NCBI GenBank assembly: GCA_963748825.1
Contig: CAVVKN010000006.1
Span: forward strand, 64,001 to 128,000
DNA length: 64,000 bases
Direction of reading: 5' to 3'
From: Methanotrichaceae archaeon
GTDB lineage: Archaea > Halobacteriota > Methanosarcinia > Methanotrichales > Methanotrichaceae
Positions 9,274 through 20,362 of this stretch are shown here, in pieces (the stretch's first letter is position 1; each line of letters opens with the position of its first letter). The position numbers were made by a program, and so were the translations under genes. The notes beneath the pieces are model-generated. The model ran no database searches. It saw only the letters and a program-made list of their open reading frames with translations, and was not told the DNA's origin.

Positions 9274-11007
9274 TCATCCATGAACTTTATAGCGCTCTTC
9301 CAGGTACTTCAGATAGGGAGCATGGCAGGAGGCCAGGAAGGCGTTACAGACCGTTGCCGGATCCCCATCTGCTGCAATGGCTCCGTTCTCAATGAGCATG
9401 GCCCGATGGGAGATCTCCTTGACGAAATCAACATGGTGGCTGACAAGGATTATGGTGGTGCCAAGCTCTGCATTTATCTTCTTAATGGCGTTAGAGACCT
9501 CACGCATGGTGATCGGGTCGATATCACCGAAGGGCTCGTCCAGAATCAGGATCTTGGGCCTGGACGCCAGAATAATGGCTAAAGATGCTCTCACCAGCTC
9601 TCCGCCGCTCAGTTGCTCGGGCAGCTTCCACATGGCTTCTTGATCAAGGGAAATAAGATCAAAGATCGGCTCAGCATACTTGCGGGCCTCAGTCGTCGGA
9701 AAACGGGGAAACAGATCTTTGAATATGTCTCTGGTCAGTCCCAGTGACTCAAGGGCGGCTTTGGCGTCCTCTTCCGACATATCAGTCATTGCATAAATGA
9801 CATCAAGCACCTTGTCGCTTATGCCCAGCTCCTCTGCCACAGCCCGGGCATGGTCAATCACATCATTGCCCTTGATGCCCATTTTATAGGCAATCTGATC
9901 GAGAATGGTCTCTCCGGCATAAAGGGCGAACTCCTGATACATGATGCCTAAAGTGCGGCGCACATTCATTCTATCTGGCGAGTAGTTCATCATGTCTACC
10001 CATTTATCGCCGTACCGATAATACACGACCCCCTCGTCCGGCATCCTAACGCCCTGCATGATCTTGAGAAGAGTGGTCTTTCCCCCACCGCTGTTGCCGA
10101 TGATTGATGTGATCTCTCCTTCTAATATGTCGAAGTTGAGGTTCTTCATATTCAGGACATTCAGGACCTCTCCGGTGCAAATCTGGCAGCCCCTCTTGGA
10201 TATACCTCTCACTTTAATAAGAGGCTGGGCATTGGGCCAGGATGCAAGAGGCTCCATCTTTCCAATCCCTGCCATGAACTGGTCCAAGACCTGCCTCGGC
10301 TTCCCATCGGCTACTATCTTTCCCTTCTCCAGCCAAATCAGTCTATGTGCCAGATACTCATGAATCTCGGGCAGATGTGATACTACGATTATGGTCAGAT
10401 CCAGCTCCTTGTTCACGTTCTTGATGGCATCCAGCACTTCTTGCTTGGTGGCCGGACAGGCCATGGTGGCCGGCTCATCCAGCAGCAATATTTTGGGCTT
10501 CTTGGACAGTTGTCTGGCTATGAGCAGCCTTTGCTTCTCGCCGCCGCTGAGGATAGTGGCCAGATGCTGTGCTTTGTCCCCCAGGCCCACAAGTTGCAGG
10601 TAGTACATGGCCTCCTGGTACATCTCGTCATAGTCCCCGTCCGAGGGAATGGGCAGAACCTCATAGCCGGTTTTTCTGGCATGAATCCTTCGCACCACGT
10701 TTTTAAGGGCAGTCTCTGTCCAGAGTGCGAAGTCTCTTTGCAGATGTATGGCTGTAACGGCCATCTGCGCCCTTTTCACATCGTCGCTGGAATCGGGTGT
10801 GATGGTCAAGCCATCCAGGAGGATCTTGCCGGAATCAAAGCTCTCCATACCTCTCAGAATCTTCATGAGAGTGCTCTTGCCTCCCCCGCTCTTTCCCACC
10901 AATCCTAAAATCTCACCCGGCCTGGTTGTGAAGCTAACATTTTCAAGAGCCACAACATCTCTGTCCTTCACCCTGTATGTCTTGGACAGATTCTCAATCT
11001 GGAGCAA
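9274..11007 (-). CDS. atwA: Methyl-coenzyme M reductase system component A2 (double ABC ATPase)
   Basis: Two ABC domains (GKSGGGKS, GNSGGGKT); AIHLQRDFALW, DEPATMACP. Confidence 0.88.
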   Translation of the reverse strand: MLQIENLSKTYRVKDRDVVALENVSFTTRPGEILGLVGKSGGGKSTLMKILRGMESFDSGKILLDGLTITPDSSDDVKRAQMAVTAIHLQRDFALWTETALKNVVRRIHARKTGYEVLPIPSDGDYDEMYQEAMYYLQLVGLGDKAQHLATILSGGEKQRLLIARQLSKKPKILLLDEPATMACPATKQEVLDAIKNVNKELDLTIIVVSHLPEIHEYLAHRLIWLEKGKIVADGKPRQVLDQFMAGIGKMEPLASWPNAQPLIKVRGISKRGCQICTGEVLNVLNMKNLNFDILEGEITSIIGNSGGGKTTLLKIMQGVRMPDEGVVYYRYGDKWVDMMNYSPDRMNVRRTLGIMYQEFALYAGETILDQIAYKMGIKGNDVIDHARAVAEELGISDKVLDVIYAMTDMSEEDAKAALESLGLTRDIFKDLFPRFPTTEARKYAEPIFDLISLDQEAMWKLPEQLSGGELVRASLAIILASRPKILILDEPFGDIDPITMREVSNAIKKINAELGTTIILVSHHVDFVKEISHRAMLIENGAIAADGDPATVCNAFLASCHAPYLKYLEERYKVHG

Positions 11008-11019
11008 AATAAAAACCTC

Positions 11020-13038
11020 CTACCTTACCTTAGTTCCCGTTTCCACTGATTCACGAGGCCGGAGCAGTACGGCCTTGCCGGCTGCATCTGCGGCCAGAAG
11101 CATGGCTTGTGACTCGACGCCAAAGAGCTTGGTCGGCTTGAGATTGGCTAAAACGACCACCTGCGTGCCTACCAGCTCCTCTGCTGAGTAGCCCTCTGCA
11201 ATGCCTGCCACCACCTGACGAGTCTCGCTTCCGATATCGACCAGGAGCTTGAGCAGCTTCTTTGAGCCCTTAATGGGGCCGGCCTCCTTAATTTCGCCTA
11301 TACGTAGATCTAATGATCCAAAATCCTCAAAAGAGATCTCACCCTTCTTCTCGGCCGCTTTTTCCGCTGCCTTCCCCTTGACTTCGGCTTTTTCTACCCT
11401 CTCTTTAAAAATCCCGTCCAGTTCTTTGACGAATGCCTCTTCCATGCGTAAGAAGAGGATCTCGGGAGTGCCGAGCCGGCTCCCCTCGGCGAGAGGAATC
11501 AAAGCCTCCTGGAAGGATTTTTCCGCCACGGCTCCCTCCTGGCCCAGTTGCTTCCAGGCAGCCTCCATCTTTGTGGGCATGACCGGTTCCATGAAAAGGA
11601 CCAGCGCCTTGGCGATCTGCAGACAACTTCTCAGCACGACGCCGGCCGAGGCTTTATCGCTCTTGACCAGCTTCCAGGGTTCGTGGCTCTGGAAGTAGAT
11701 ATTGCCGTAGTCCGCTAGAGTCATCACGCTATCTGCAGCCTTCTTGAACTCGTACTCCTCCAGGCTGGATACGACTTCATTTAAGGTCTGCTTTATCCTG
11801 GCCATGACCTCCTGGTCAATCTCGCCCTGGGGGACTCTGCCCTCGAAGTTCTTCACTGTGAATGTCAAGGCGCGGTTAAGGAAGTTTCCAAACGCTCCCA
11901 CAAGCTCGGTGTTTACCTTATCGGCAAAGATCTTCCAGGCGAAGTTGACCTCCTTGTTGTGAGCGGTGTAGCTGGCCAGATAATAGCGCAGCAGATCGGG
12001 ATGAAGGCCCTTCTCCAGGTAATCGTCTTTGACCCAGATGACATTGCCCCGCGATTTGGAGAACTTCTTGTCATCGATCTTGAGCATGCCGCTGGCCACT
12101 ACTGCGGAAGGCAGGTTATACCCGGCTCCTTTGAGCATGGCCGGCCAGAAGATGCAGTGGTGGTAGACGATGTCCCCTCCGATGAAGTGTATGATCTTCG
12201 CCCCATCCTTCCAATAGCTCTGCCAGTCCCGGTCGTTCTTGGCACACCACTCCTCGGTGAAGGCGATGTAGCCGATGGGCGCATCCACCCAAACATAGAC
12301 CACCAGATCGTCGTGTCCGGGAAACTTCACGCCCCAGGACATATTGCGGGTTATGCACCAGTCCTTCAGCTCCTGGCGGACCCATTCCATAGCGTAATTG
12401 CGAGCCGATGTCGTTCCTCCTAAAGTCTCAAGATAATTAAGGAGAAAATCCTTGAATTCTGAGAGCTTAAAGAAATAATGGATCTGCTTGCGATACTCGG
12501 CCTTTCCGCCGCAGACCTTGCAGACTGCGTTTTTGATCTCCCCCGGCTCCAGATGGCGACCGCAGCCCATGTCGCACTCGTCGCCGCGTGCAGGCTTTCC
12601 GCAGTAGGGACATTCTCCCTCTACATACCTATCCGGCAAGAAACGTTCGCATTTGGGACAGTAGGCAAGTTCGATCTCTTTGGAATAAACGTGGCCTGCG
12701 TCCATGAGGGCACGGACCATCTCTTGCGTGCGATTGTGACAGGCGGGATCGTCGGTGTCGCCGAAGAAGTCGAAGTCGACGCCCATCCCTTTGAAGACAT
12801 CGTCAAAGTGCTGGTGATATCTGGCCACGAGAGCTTTCGGCGTCATCCCCAGGCCTTCGGCATTGACCACGATGGGAGTTCCGTGGGCGTCCGAACCACA
12901 GACGAAGAGCACATCTTTGCCCATCTTTTTCAATCCTCGAACGAAGATGTCCGCCGGTACGTAGGTTCTTAAATGGCCTAAATGACAGGGCCCATTGGCA
13001 TAGGGCAGGCCGCAGGTTACAAGGATAGGCGATGACAA
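11020..13038 (-). CDS. metG: Methionine--tRNA ligase
   Basis: [12 protein letters not shown], zinc knuckles, KFSKS, C-terminal tRNA-binding domain. Confidence 0.97.
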   Translation of the reverse strand: MSSPILVTCGLPYANGPCHLGHLRTYVPADIFVRGLKKMGKDVLFVCGSDAHGTPIVVNAEGLGMTPKALVARYHQHFDDVFKGMGVDFDFFGDTDDPACHNRTQEMVRALMDAGHVYSKEIELAYCPKCERFLPDRYVEGECPYCGKPARGDECDMGCGRHLEPGEIKNAVCKVCGGKAEYRKQIHYFFKLSEFKDFLLNYLETLGGTTSARNYAMEWVRQELKDWCITRNMSWGVKFPGHDDLVVYVWVDAPIGYIAFTEEWCAKNDRDWQSYWKDGAKIIHFIGGDIVYHHCIFWPAMLKGAGYNLPSAVVASGMLKIDDKKFSKSRGNVIWVKDDYLEKGLHPDLLRYYLASYTAHNKEVNFAWKIFADKVNTELVGAFGNFLNRALTFTVKNFEGRVPQGEIDQEVMARIKQTLNEVVSSLEEYEFKKAADSVMTLADYGNIYFQSHEPWKLVKSDKASAGVVLRSCLQIAKALVLFMEPVMPTKMEAAWKQLGQEGAVAEKSFQEALIPLAEGSRLGTPEILFLRMEEAFVKELDGIFKERVEKAEVKGKAAEKAAEKKGEISFEDFGSLDLRIGEIKEAGPIKGSKKLLKLLVDIGSETRQVVAGIAEGYSAEELVGTQVVVLANLKPTKLFGVESQAMLLAADAAGKAVLLRPRESVETGTKVR

Positions 13039-13236
13039 TCTAGAACACCGCTTCTGCTTATGATGAAACAGGCAGATATAGGTTTCCCAGCCTGGCGGTC
13101 TCGCCGGTTCCTATGAAAAAAGTTCTTGGATAAAATGTATATAATTGAATGGCAAATGCAGGCAATAGTATTAAATTCGCCATCACATGAGAGGAAAAAA
13201 GAAATTAGAGACAATAGATTTAACGGGGGTATTCAG

Positions 13237-14226
13237 ATGAAAATTATTGTTCTAGCCCTTCTGCTGGCTTTGGCCTTCGGGACTGCCCAGGCCGTGCCGC
13301 TGCAGGGCAGCGATGGAAACGCGACTGTGGTGCTCTTCGGAGCGACCAGGACGCCTCTGGCTGATGAAAATTCAACTCAGGAAATCCTAAAGGTTGATGT
13401 CGGTCTCATAGGGGCTGAGAATGCCACATATCAACTGGTGGATGCTGATAATAATATTTACCTGCCCGGCCTTTACAAGCCTCTATCTTCCGGAAAACAG
13501 ACTGTCTACTTCCTCACGACCAAAGACAGCCTCTTCAAGCTCCTCAATGTTACGCCTGAGGGAGGAAAGCCCATTTATATCAACTGGTGGGCGACACCCA
13601 AAGGCAGCAATGACAATCTGATAGTAAGGTACTACGGAATCACTGATTGGCTGATAAATCCCGATGAGCAGGGGATAGTAATTCAGGTACGCGTACAGAA
13701 TAACGGCACTCAAAAAATCATTGTCAGCCCGGAGAACTTCACTCTGATGGACCAGTGGGGCTGGCCCTACCGTCCTACCCTGGGCTTTGATCCGGAGATT
13801 GTCGAGCCTCAAAAAGCTACTACATCCCGTGTCTTGCTAGGCTTTACCGGTATCTCGCTTCTCAGCCGTCCTGCAGCCCTGGCATATGACAATGGGGCAC
13901 CCAACCAGATCATAATAATGTTTGAGAGAGACTATGTGCCGCTCTCAGATGAGCTGGTCTACGGCGCCAATGCCACAAAGAGCGCGGCCAGCGTAGAGCC
14001 GGCACCTGCTGCGGTCCAGCCGACCTCGAATCCGACAGAACAGAACGTGGCCGTGCAGGCTCCAGCTAGCGAGACGAAAGAGACCAAGAAACTCTCGATC
14101 AAGGATAAGTTAGAAGCCAGCAAGGCGAGGCTCGCAGCCACGAAAGCAAGTCTGGATGAAAAGACACCGGATACAAATAGCACATCAAGCAGCGCCTCGA
14201 ATAGCTCATCGAGCATTTCCGCCTAA
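13237..14226 (+). CDS. Secreted DUF4352-like (Ig-fold) protein
   Basis: Signal peptide MKIIVLALLLALAFGTAQA; VRVQNNG......NFTLMDQWGWPY; low-complexity tail. Confidence 0.65.
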   Translation: MKIIVLALLLALAFGTAQAVPLQGSDGNATVVLFGATRTPLADENSTQEILKVDVGLIGAENATYQLVDADNNIYLPGLYKPLSSGKQTVYFLTTKDSLFKLLNVTPEGGKPIYINWWATPKGSNDNLIVRYYGITDWLINPDEQGIVIQVRVQNNGTQKIIVSPENFTLMDQWGWPYRPTLGFDPEIVEPQKATTSRVLLGFTGISLLSRPAALAYDNGAPNQIIIMFERDYVPLSDELVYGANATKSAASVEPAPAAVQPTSNPTEQNVAVQAPASETKETKKLSIKDKLEASKARLAATKASLDEKTPDTNSTSSSASNSSSSISA

Positions 14227-14479
14227 CTTGACGGGTGGCTTTCCGGAGATATTGCATGCTGCCTGGGAATCTCCCAGGCATATCTTTTGAGAGGGGCTTT
14301 GACACCGGTGCTAGGGATTTGCATGGGTTTTATCATATATATAAATAAATTATATTATTATGTTATGCGCGGAGCGATTGTCTCAATAGCCAAGATTTAT
14401 GAATAACATCTATCTATTCTAGGCAAGGAACCAAAAAGGACCCAAAAGAATATATCATAACATCGGAGGTATGTTATAG

Positions 14480-15412
14480 ATGAGATGGCTGGCTCTGGCA
14501 TTGTTCATGATCCTATTACCAGGAATCGCCCAAGATTATCCTCTGCAAATGAACAACGGTGTCGTCAACTGCACCATATTCGGCTCCTTCAAGGATCCCG
14601 GATTTTCTGGGTCCTCTTATTCCGACTCATATTCAGTCCTGGTTGTAGACACTCGCCTGACCAGAATGAACGAGAGCGATAAAGCACCAATTCGTGCTGC
14701 CTATATCCTCACCGATGGAAACGACCGGGTTTTTCAGACCAGTGCTCAGAATATCAAAGAACTGCAGACAGGTCGCCGGCTGATTGGCTTTATCGTTCCC
14801 AAGGAGACTATTGCCAGAAGCTTGACTATAGATTTGTCCCAGGATAAAGCGGGAGGGGAGCAGTTCTCGGTTCGCTTTCCCGAGCTTGTCAACTCCAGCA
14901 ACGAAAATGTGACCTTGCTCTATTATGGAGTGCTTCGGTCCAGCATAAGCTCCTACAAGAAGACGATAGAATTGGATGTGGCGATAACCAATAACGGCAC
15001 GAAGAAGCTTTCCCTTGATGCCAATAACTTCACATTGAAGGACCAGTGGGGCTGGAAGTACGACAGCAAAGAGTATGATAACTACGGAAAGAAGGGAATG
15101 TCTGCGATGATGTTGGAGAAAAATGAGACCATTAGATCCGGCCTGATCTTCAACTCCGTCTCGCCACTCAGCAGACCGGTGGAACTTGTCTACAGGTATT
15201 CCAATAACAGCTCCCTGACAATGAATATAGATCCAGAGGCGGGCCTGGGCTACTCCATTCCAGATAAGAAGGAATGCGTTGATTGTGAGAGCCCAAAGGA
15301 AGACGCCTCCAGCCTGGCCGGCTCCATCAAGGCCACCAAAGCCCGGCTGGCCAAAGTCAAGAAGATAAACAGCACAGCAGAGAGCGCTCCCAAAGGGCGA
15401 GATGAGCTTTGA
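14480..15412 (+). CDS. Secreted DUF4352-like protein, paralog of upstream gene
   Basis: Signal peptide; ITNNG......NFTLKDQWGWKY; SPLSRP shared with 13237 gene. Confidence 0.65.
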   Translation: MRWLALALFMILLPGIAQDYPLQMNNGVVNCTIFGSFKDPGFSGSSYSDSYSVLVVDTRLTRMNESDKAPIRAAYILTDGNDRVFQTSAQNIKELQTGRRLIGFIVPKETIARSLTIDLSQDKAGGEQFSVRFPELVNSSNENVTLLYYGVLRSSISSYKKTIELDVAITNNGTKKLSLDANNFTLKDQWGWKYDSKEYDNYGKKGMSAMMLEKNETIRSGLIFNSVSPLSRPVELVYRYSNNSSLTMNIDPEAGLGYSIPDKKECVDCESPKEDASSLAGSIKATKARLAKVKKINSTAESAPKGRDEL

Positions 15413-16442
15413 GGGAAGGTACAGGATGGTTTTTTCCCTCTGGCACCTTCTTCCTTCTGCACTCTCTGCCCTCCTGATAATTGCACTGGCCTTCCTGGGA
15501 AGGCGGGGCGGGCAGGGCAATTCTCACAAGAGATTGAGCTTTGTAATGGTCCTGTTTGCAGCTCTTGGGCTGGCGGGCTATCTCAATCAGGGAAATTTTA
15601 TCTTCTTTCCTTTGGATCAACATGTCCTGCACTCCGCTCTGGGCTTGATCGCTTTTATGCTCTCGGTTTCTCTTTTTGTGGATGCAATGATATCTCACAG
15701 ACTGGCAAGAAAAGCGCATTGCAGGATAGGCTACGCCGCGGCTGCTTTCGCCTTGCTGGCCCTTTTGAGCGGCCTTCTCCTGCTTTCGGGAGGGCTCTTG
15801 AGTCAGGATGAACCCACAAACCCATCTTTGCCCGCAACGCCCAATTCTAATCTTCAAGAGAATACCTCCAGCATCCTGCCGGAGAAAGAAGCCAGCGAAT
15901 ACCGGGGCAAGAGGCTGGTGCCTATATCCGAGCAGGGAAACAATGCCCTCTCCGGCACGCAGCATCTCGACCGGGAGGCATTGCGTCTGAATGTCACGGG
16001 ACTGGTTAGGAAAGATTTGAGCCTCAGCTACGAGGAAATGCTCGCGCTTCCGGCTTACACCGAGCTTGCCTATATGCCCTGCGTGGAAGGATGGGGATTT
16101 GATGCCAAATGGACCGGCTTTCGGGTGTCGGATCTGCTCAATATGTCCGGCCTTTTGCCGCAAGCAAGCTACGTGGTATTTCACAGCGCAGATGGCTACT
16201 CCACCGGCCTGCCCCTAGACTATTTGCAGGAAAATCAGATCCTGCTGGCATATGGCATCAATGATGTTACGCTGCCGGCTGAGCGGGGCTTTCCCCTGCA
16301 ACTGGTTGCCAAGAGTCGATACGGCTACAAATGGGGCAAATGGATAACCAGTATCGAGGTAGTGGATAGAGAGGTGAGAGGCTACTGGGAATCAAGGGGC
16401 TACAGCAACAGCGCCAAAGTGGGCGAGCTTGCTTTTGGGTGA
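15402..16442 (+). CDS. Molybdopterin-dependent oxidoreductase (sulfite oxidase/MsrP-like) with N-terminal membrane domain
   Basis: PCVEGW, WTG, DGYSTGLPL, LPAERGFPL.LV....YGYKW.KW, GYWESRGY; four N-terminal TM segments. Confidence 0.85.
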   Translation: MSFEGRYRMVFSLWHLLPSALSALLIIALAFLGRRGGQGNSHKRLSFVMVLFAALGLAGYLNQGNFIFFPLDQHVLHSALGLIAFMLSVSLFVDAMISHRLARKAHCRIGYAAAAFALLALLSGLLLLSGGLLSQDEPTNPSLPATPNSNLQENTSSILPEKEASEYRGKRLVPISEQGNNALSGTQHLDREALRLNVTGLVRKDLSLSYEEMLALPAYTELAYMPCVEGWGFDAKWTGFRVSDLLNMSGLLPQASYVVFHSADGYSTGLPLDYLQENQILLAYGINDVTLPAERGFPLQLVAKSRYGYKWGKWITSIEVVDREVRGYWESRGYSNSAKVGELAFG

Positions 16443-16461
16443 CTAAAATCAAATTATCAAA

Positions 16462-16556
16462 TGTGAACTACCGCGTACTGAAGACCACCCTGAAGGATTG
16501 GGGACTTACCGATGTTTCGACTTCTCGCCGAAACTCTCGCTGACCCGCGGTCAGCG
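16462..16556. mobile_element. Possible non-autonomous IS200/IS605-type end remnant
   Basis: TGTGAACTACC...CCACCCTGAAGGATTGGGG resembles IS605-type terminal hairpins (recalled pattern); second hairpin CGCTGACC-CGC-GGTCAGCG. Confidence 0.35.
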
Positions 16557-16594
16557 ATATTCGTCCTTCACAATCCTACAAGTTATTTTTTTAT

Positions 16595-17260
16595 TTACTC
16601 CACGCCGCGAGCAGTTAGGCGGAAATCCGCCGCAATCCCCTCCGGGGAAGAGCGGTGCTTCATGAGCCGGGCGCTACGCACCCCCTCTCCTTTCTTCTCC
16701 AAAAAGAGAATGGCTTTGCATATGTGCTCCAGGCCTGTGCCCCCCATTGGCCGCAGAGAATTGTTCTCAATGTCCATGTAGACCTGATTGGTTATTACAA
16801 CGGGAATCCTGTGCCTTCGAGCAATTTCCTGCAGCTCGGAGAGCTGGACGGTTAAAGTTCGGCGAATAGAACGGTTATCCTCCGCCTCCAGAAGCACGCG
16901 ATAAAGGGATGTGGCCGAATCGAGAATTATCAGGCCTAAATCCCGGCCGGCGATCTTGGCGGCCTCGCGAATGGCTATTGCCTGCTGCTCCAGGCTCATG
17001 GGCTCAAATATCATGATCTTCGCGGCCATCTCTTCTGCGCCGGGGCCGGCGATCTGCTTGAACCTTTCCGCGGAAAAGCCCTCCGTATCTATGAATATGA
17101 CGCGCAGACCTCGAGCTACGGCCTGCACTGCCAGTTGCATGACAATGTTGCTTTTTCCCGTGCCTGCCTCCCCGTAAAGCTGGGTTATTATGCCCGATTC
17201 AAATCCCCCGCTTAAGAGAAGATCCAGGCTCTGGCAACCGGAAGGCAAACGGTCAAGCAT
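16595..17260 (-). CDS. radB: DNA repair and recombination protein RadB
   Basis: GEAGTGKS, IDTEGFSAERF, ITNQVY, KHRS C-terminal motif typical of RadB. Confidence 0.92.
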   Translation of the reverse strand: MLDRLPSGCQSLDLLLSGGFESGIITQLYGEAGTGKSNIVMQLAVQAVARGLRVIFIDTEGFSAERFKQIAGPGAEEMAAKIMIFEPMSLEQQAIAIREAAKIAGRDLGLIILDSATSLYRVLLEAEDNRSIRRTLTVQLSELQEIARRHRIPVVITNQVYMDIENNSLRPMGGTGLEHICKAILFLEKKGEGVRSARLMKHRSSPEGIAADFRLTARGVE

Positions 17261-17278
17261 GAGCGATCACATGAATCA

Positions 17279-17872
17279 CTATCGTATATGAGTAAAGCTA
17301 TCGATCCTTTCCATAAGCCGGTCCATGGCCTCCCGTTCCCTGGGACCGCCACAGCGGTCGATGATCCTTTGCATCTTCATCAGCTCCATGAAATAGGAAT
17401 CGGTGCGAAGAGCCAGATACCTGGTGGCAGCAACAGCCGCTTCAATTACAAGATTTGCCCCCCGGTTGCAGGCGCGAAAGTCCTTTCTTAAGACCTCGCC
17501 CTTGACCAGCTCTACCTTGGCGATGATGATATCCGTGGCAAAGGCCTCACATTTGAAGAGCCCCCAGGCTTCTGCCTCTTTTAGCACAGGCAGATCTTCC
17601 CGGCGCGTGAAATATTCCGGGTCAAGGTCCTCTAGGGCTGTCTCCGCGAAGAGCCAGGCGTCATGGCTGATGTTGGCCACAAACCACCCTTTGGTCAGTA
17701 TGTTTTCATAGGTATGAGTTCCTAAGAAGAGTCGCACAAAGAGGCTATCTCCATCTCTGACGATGCCCAGAGGCGCGGCATTGATCCTCCCGGAACTCTC
17801 GGTAGTTGCGATTACCTCGTTTATGCCGTCTTGTATTCCCAGCTCATCTAAAGCGTCATTTCCATAAAGCAT
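17279..17872 (-). CDS. DUF447 family protein
   Basis: EVIATT, NAAPLGI, HTYENI, NRGANLVIEAAVAATR; usual neighbour of citG. Confidence 0.8.
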   Translation of the reverse strand: MLYGNDALDELGIQDGINEVIATTESSGRINAAPLGIVRDGDSLFVRLFLGTHTYENILTKGWFVANISHDAWLFAETALEDLDPEYFTRREDLPVLKEAEAWGLFKCEAFATDIIIAKVELVKGEVLRKDFRACNRGANLVIEAAVAATRYLALRTDSYFMELMKMQRIIDRCGGPREREAMDRLMERIDSFTHIR

Positions 17873-17874
17873 TA

Positions 17875-18729
17875 TTAAAACCTCAAACCCCTCAGAATGG
17901 AGATAAATAAAGATGCTGCAATCAGGTCTGCCGTGGACCCGGGATTGATGTCCTGCGCCAGAAGATCGTGGTCCAGTTCATGAGCCTTGCCAAGGGTGGC
18001 ATCAAGAAGCGCCTCGCCTGCCCGCTCTGAGACCTGATTGGCCAACTCTCCCCCAAATTTGGCGCAAATCAGGCTGTCGGGCACCTCTGACAGCGCCTCC
18101 AGGAAGGTTCTGACCACACCGTCGTTCAGGCCCCATCTGCCGATTTGCTCGGCCAATCTTTCCGCGAGCAGAAATGAGCGCTCATAATTGGTGGACCATT
18201 CGCGAGCAACAATGTCGTGCTTAGTGGAGAGCCTCATCAGCTCCAACAGAGTCTGGCCGCTGCCCCGAACGGCTTTTTGCCAGTTCTTGTCATTCAAGCT
18301 GAAACTGTCCACCTCGGCAACTCTGGCTTTGGCTTTCTCGAAGGCTCTGTAAAAGTCGATGGCGTCGATTACGGTGGTCTTTTCCAGGACCTCTCTTAGC
18401 TCCGCCTGCAATTCACCAGGCCTTCCCGCGGCGATAGCTATGGGGATCATGAGGACCAGAGAGCCGAAATGAGTGTTGCTGTTCAAATTCCAGGTCTGCC
18501 AGGCTAGGACCCCCTCTAAAATGAGCGAGCCCACACTTCCTTTGCCCTGGGCGGCTTTGCGAAAAACGGGATAAGCTGAAACGGCACTGGTCAGGAAATG
18601 ATGAAAGCCGATATCAGAAAAATCATGACAGCGATCGACATTGCCTGGCTTGGGACTGGAAGAGAGCTCAAAGAGCATAGCCAGCATTGCGCTTTGGGCC
18701 ACGCGATCGGAACTTAGGTCAGGGCTCAT
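17875..18729 (-). CDS. citG: Triphosphoribosyl-dephospho-CoA synthase family protein
   Basis: PKPGNVDR, NTHFG, PDSLI..KFG, INPGSTADL. Confidence 0.88.
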   Translation of the reverse strand: MSPDLSSDRVAQSAMLAMLFELSSSPKPGNVDRCHDFSDIGFHHFLTSAVSAYPVFRKAAQGKGSVGSLILEGVLAWQTWNLNSNTHFGSLVLMIPIAIAAGRPGELQAELREVLEKTTVIDAIDFYRAFEKAKARVAEVDSFSLNDKNWQKAVRGSGQTLLELMRLSTKHDIVAREWSTNYERSFLLAERLAEQIGRWGLNDGVVRTFLEALSEVPDSLICAKFGGELANQVSERAGEALLDATLGKAHELDHDLLAQDINPGSTADLIAASLFISILRGLRF

Positions 18730-18735
18730 GACTTA

Positions 18736-19716
18736 TCAGGAGGTTTTGGAAAGAAGCTCTTCTGCCAGCTTCTTTTTCAGCCCCATATACTCCTTTGCCG
18801 AAAGCCCGATTTTGGCCATTGCTGCATCTCGCAAATAGCACATCTTGCTCTTCTTGCAGCACCACACAAGGCTTCCAAAGCAAGTTCCATCGCCCTTCTC
18901 CAGTGGGGTGCCCTTGGCAAAGGATAGCTTCTTATGTACAAACTCCTCCGGCGTCATGCCTGCTTTTTTAAGGGCGCCGAGGACCGGACAGTTCTTGACG
19001 GGAGGGCAGCAGAAGGCCAGGCCGCGCAGGTCGCCGCCCGCACAGATGTGCTTGGGTGCATTGCACCAGCCGCTCAAAGAGTCGTACTCCTGCATGGCCC
19101 CTGAGAGCCACTGGGCAAACTCGGGGTCCGCCCCCCGCAAAGACACAACGTCCGCACCCATGGCCAGCAGATTCTTGGCATCTTCAAATTCACCAATATC
19201 TGCCAGGGCCATGATAACTGGGCCTCTGCTATCTTTTGCCTTCTTGACCATTTTTGGTCCGGCTCCGTTCAGGCCGCGCAGGTCAAGGTGAATTATGTCC
19301 AGCTCGCTCTCATTGAGCTTTTCTAAGAGGGCATTGGATAGGTCTTCCGGTCTTATCCTCAGGGAGAGGGTGACGCCGCAACGCTTTAAGCGAGGAATTA
19401 GTTCCAGAAGGCGGATCGGGTCGCGAATCTTGGAAAGTTTCAGATCGAGAAGGCAGAGATTTCGGCTCGCGAGCCGGGCTGCCTCCAGGAGGGGCTCATC
19501 CCTGGAACAGGTGGCGGACAGTCCGAAGGCTCCTGTTCCTTCCCTGGCATTCTGGCTGATTGTTTCTAAACTGGCCTGCATCTCTTCGAGAGGAACCTCA
19601 TCCAGATCGAAGTCATCCAGCAAGAGCAAGCCCGCCGCATCGTTAAAGTCGGGCTTGTTATGTGAAGAAATAACGGCAATGGGATTATCGATATGCAGAT
19701 ATCCTACTTCAAGCAT
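18736..19716 (-). CDS. Methanogenesis marker 9 domain protein
   Basis: C-terminal NAPKHIC.GGDLRGLAFCCPPVK.C...TCFGSLVWCCK..K.C..RD; TIM-barrel-like N-terminus. Confidence 0.85.
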   Translation of the reverse strand: MLEVGYLHIDNPIAVISSHNKPDFNDAAGLLLLDDFDLDEVPLEEMQASLETISQNAREGTGAFGLSATCSRDEPLLEAARLASRNLCLLDLKLSKIRDPIRLLELIPRLKRCGVTLSLRIRPEDLSNALLEKLNESELDIIHLDLRGLNGAGPKMVKKAKDSRGPVIMALADIGEFEDAKNLLAMGADVVSLRGADPEFAQWLSGAMQEYDSLSGWCNAPKHICAGGDLRGLAFCCPPVKNCPVLGALKKAGMTPEEFVHKKLSFAKGTPLEKGDGTCFGSLVWCCKKSKMCYLRDAAMAKIGLSAKEYMGLKKKLAEELLSKTS

Positions 19717-19864
19717 CGGAACGTAATGTCGTCCATGAAGATATCAGCCTTTCGCTGCTAATATTTTGAATTATATTTTATTTATCAGGTTAACCTTTGC
19801 AGGGTAGCTCGATCCTCTGCCATTCTTTATATCCAAGAAAATCCTAAGGCTTTACGATGATATC

Positions 19865-20311
19865 ATGGTGACCTTTAAAGTAGATGCAGACGCGCGGGCA
19901 ACAATCCAGGGATCGGAGGACCAAGAGAAGCACCCAATAGTGGCCAAGGTTAAGGGAACGGGAAAGGATGGGGCTTTGAGCGTGCAGGTCTCCGGGGAAG
20001 ATAGCAGTCCCATATCGGCACGGATATCGGGCGATTCCAAGAGTCCCATCGCCGTGGGGCCCATAGAGGTTGCACCCATCACCATAATTCCTGATTTAGA
20101 ATCGGTAGCAAAGACCATTGATTTCGGCGCTCTTATCGGCGCTTTCACAAAATTGTCCCAAGGGATTAAGGTGGAGGTGGAGGTCGCCAATTCTGGCGCG
20201 CCCCTGTCCATAGCTCTCGGGAAAATCCCCGTGGATTTGACTATCTCCGTTTCTTCTCCTTCCCAGGAGGCCGTCTTCAAGGTGGAGATCAAAGGGACTG
20301 TAGGTGAGTAA
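19865..20311 (+). CDS. Hypothetical protein (beta-rich)
   Basis: 148-aa ORF after TATA-like TTTATA; no family recognised. Confidence 0.6.
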   Translation: MVTFKVDADARATIQGSEDQEKHPIVAKVKGTGKDGALSVQVSGEDSSPISARISGDSKSPIAVGPIEVAPITIIPDLESVAKTIDFGALIGAFTKLSQGIKVEVEVANSGAPLSIALGKIPVDLTISVSSPSQEAVFKVEIKGTVGE

Positions 20312-20362
20312 AAATTATTTTTAGTCGTAATCACATAGTAGCGGCCATGAGGTGGTCGTGAG

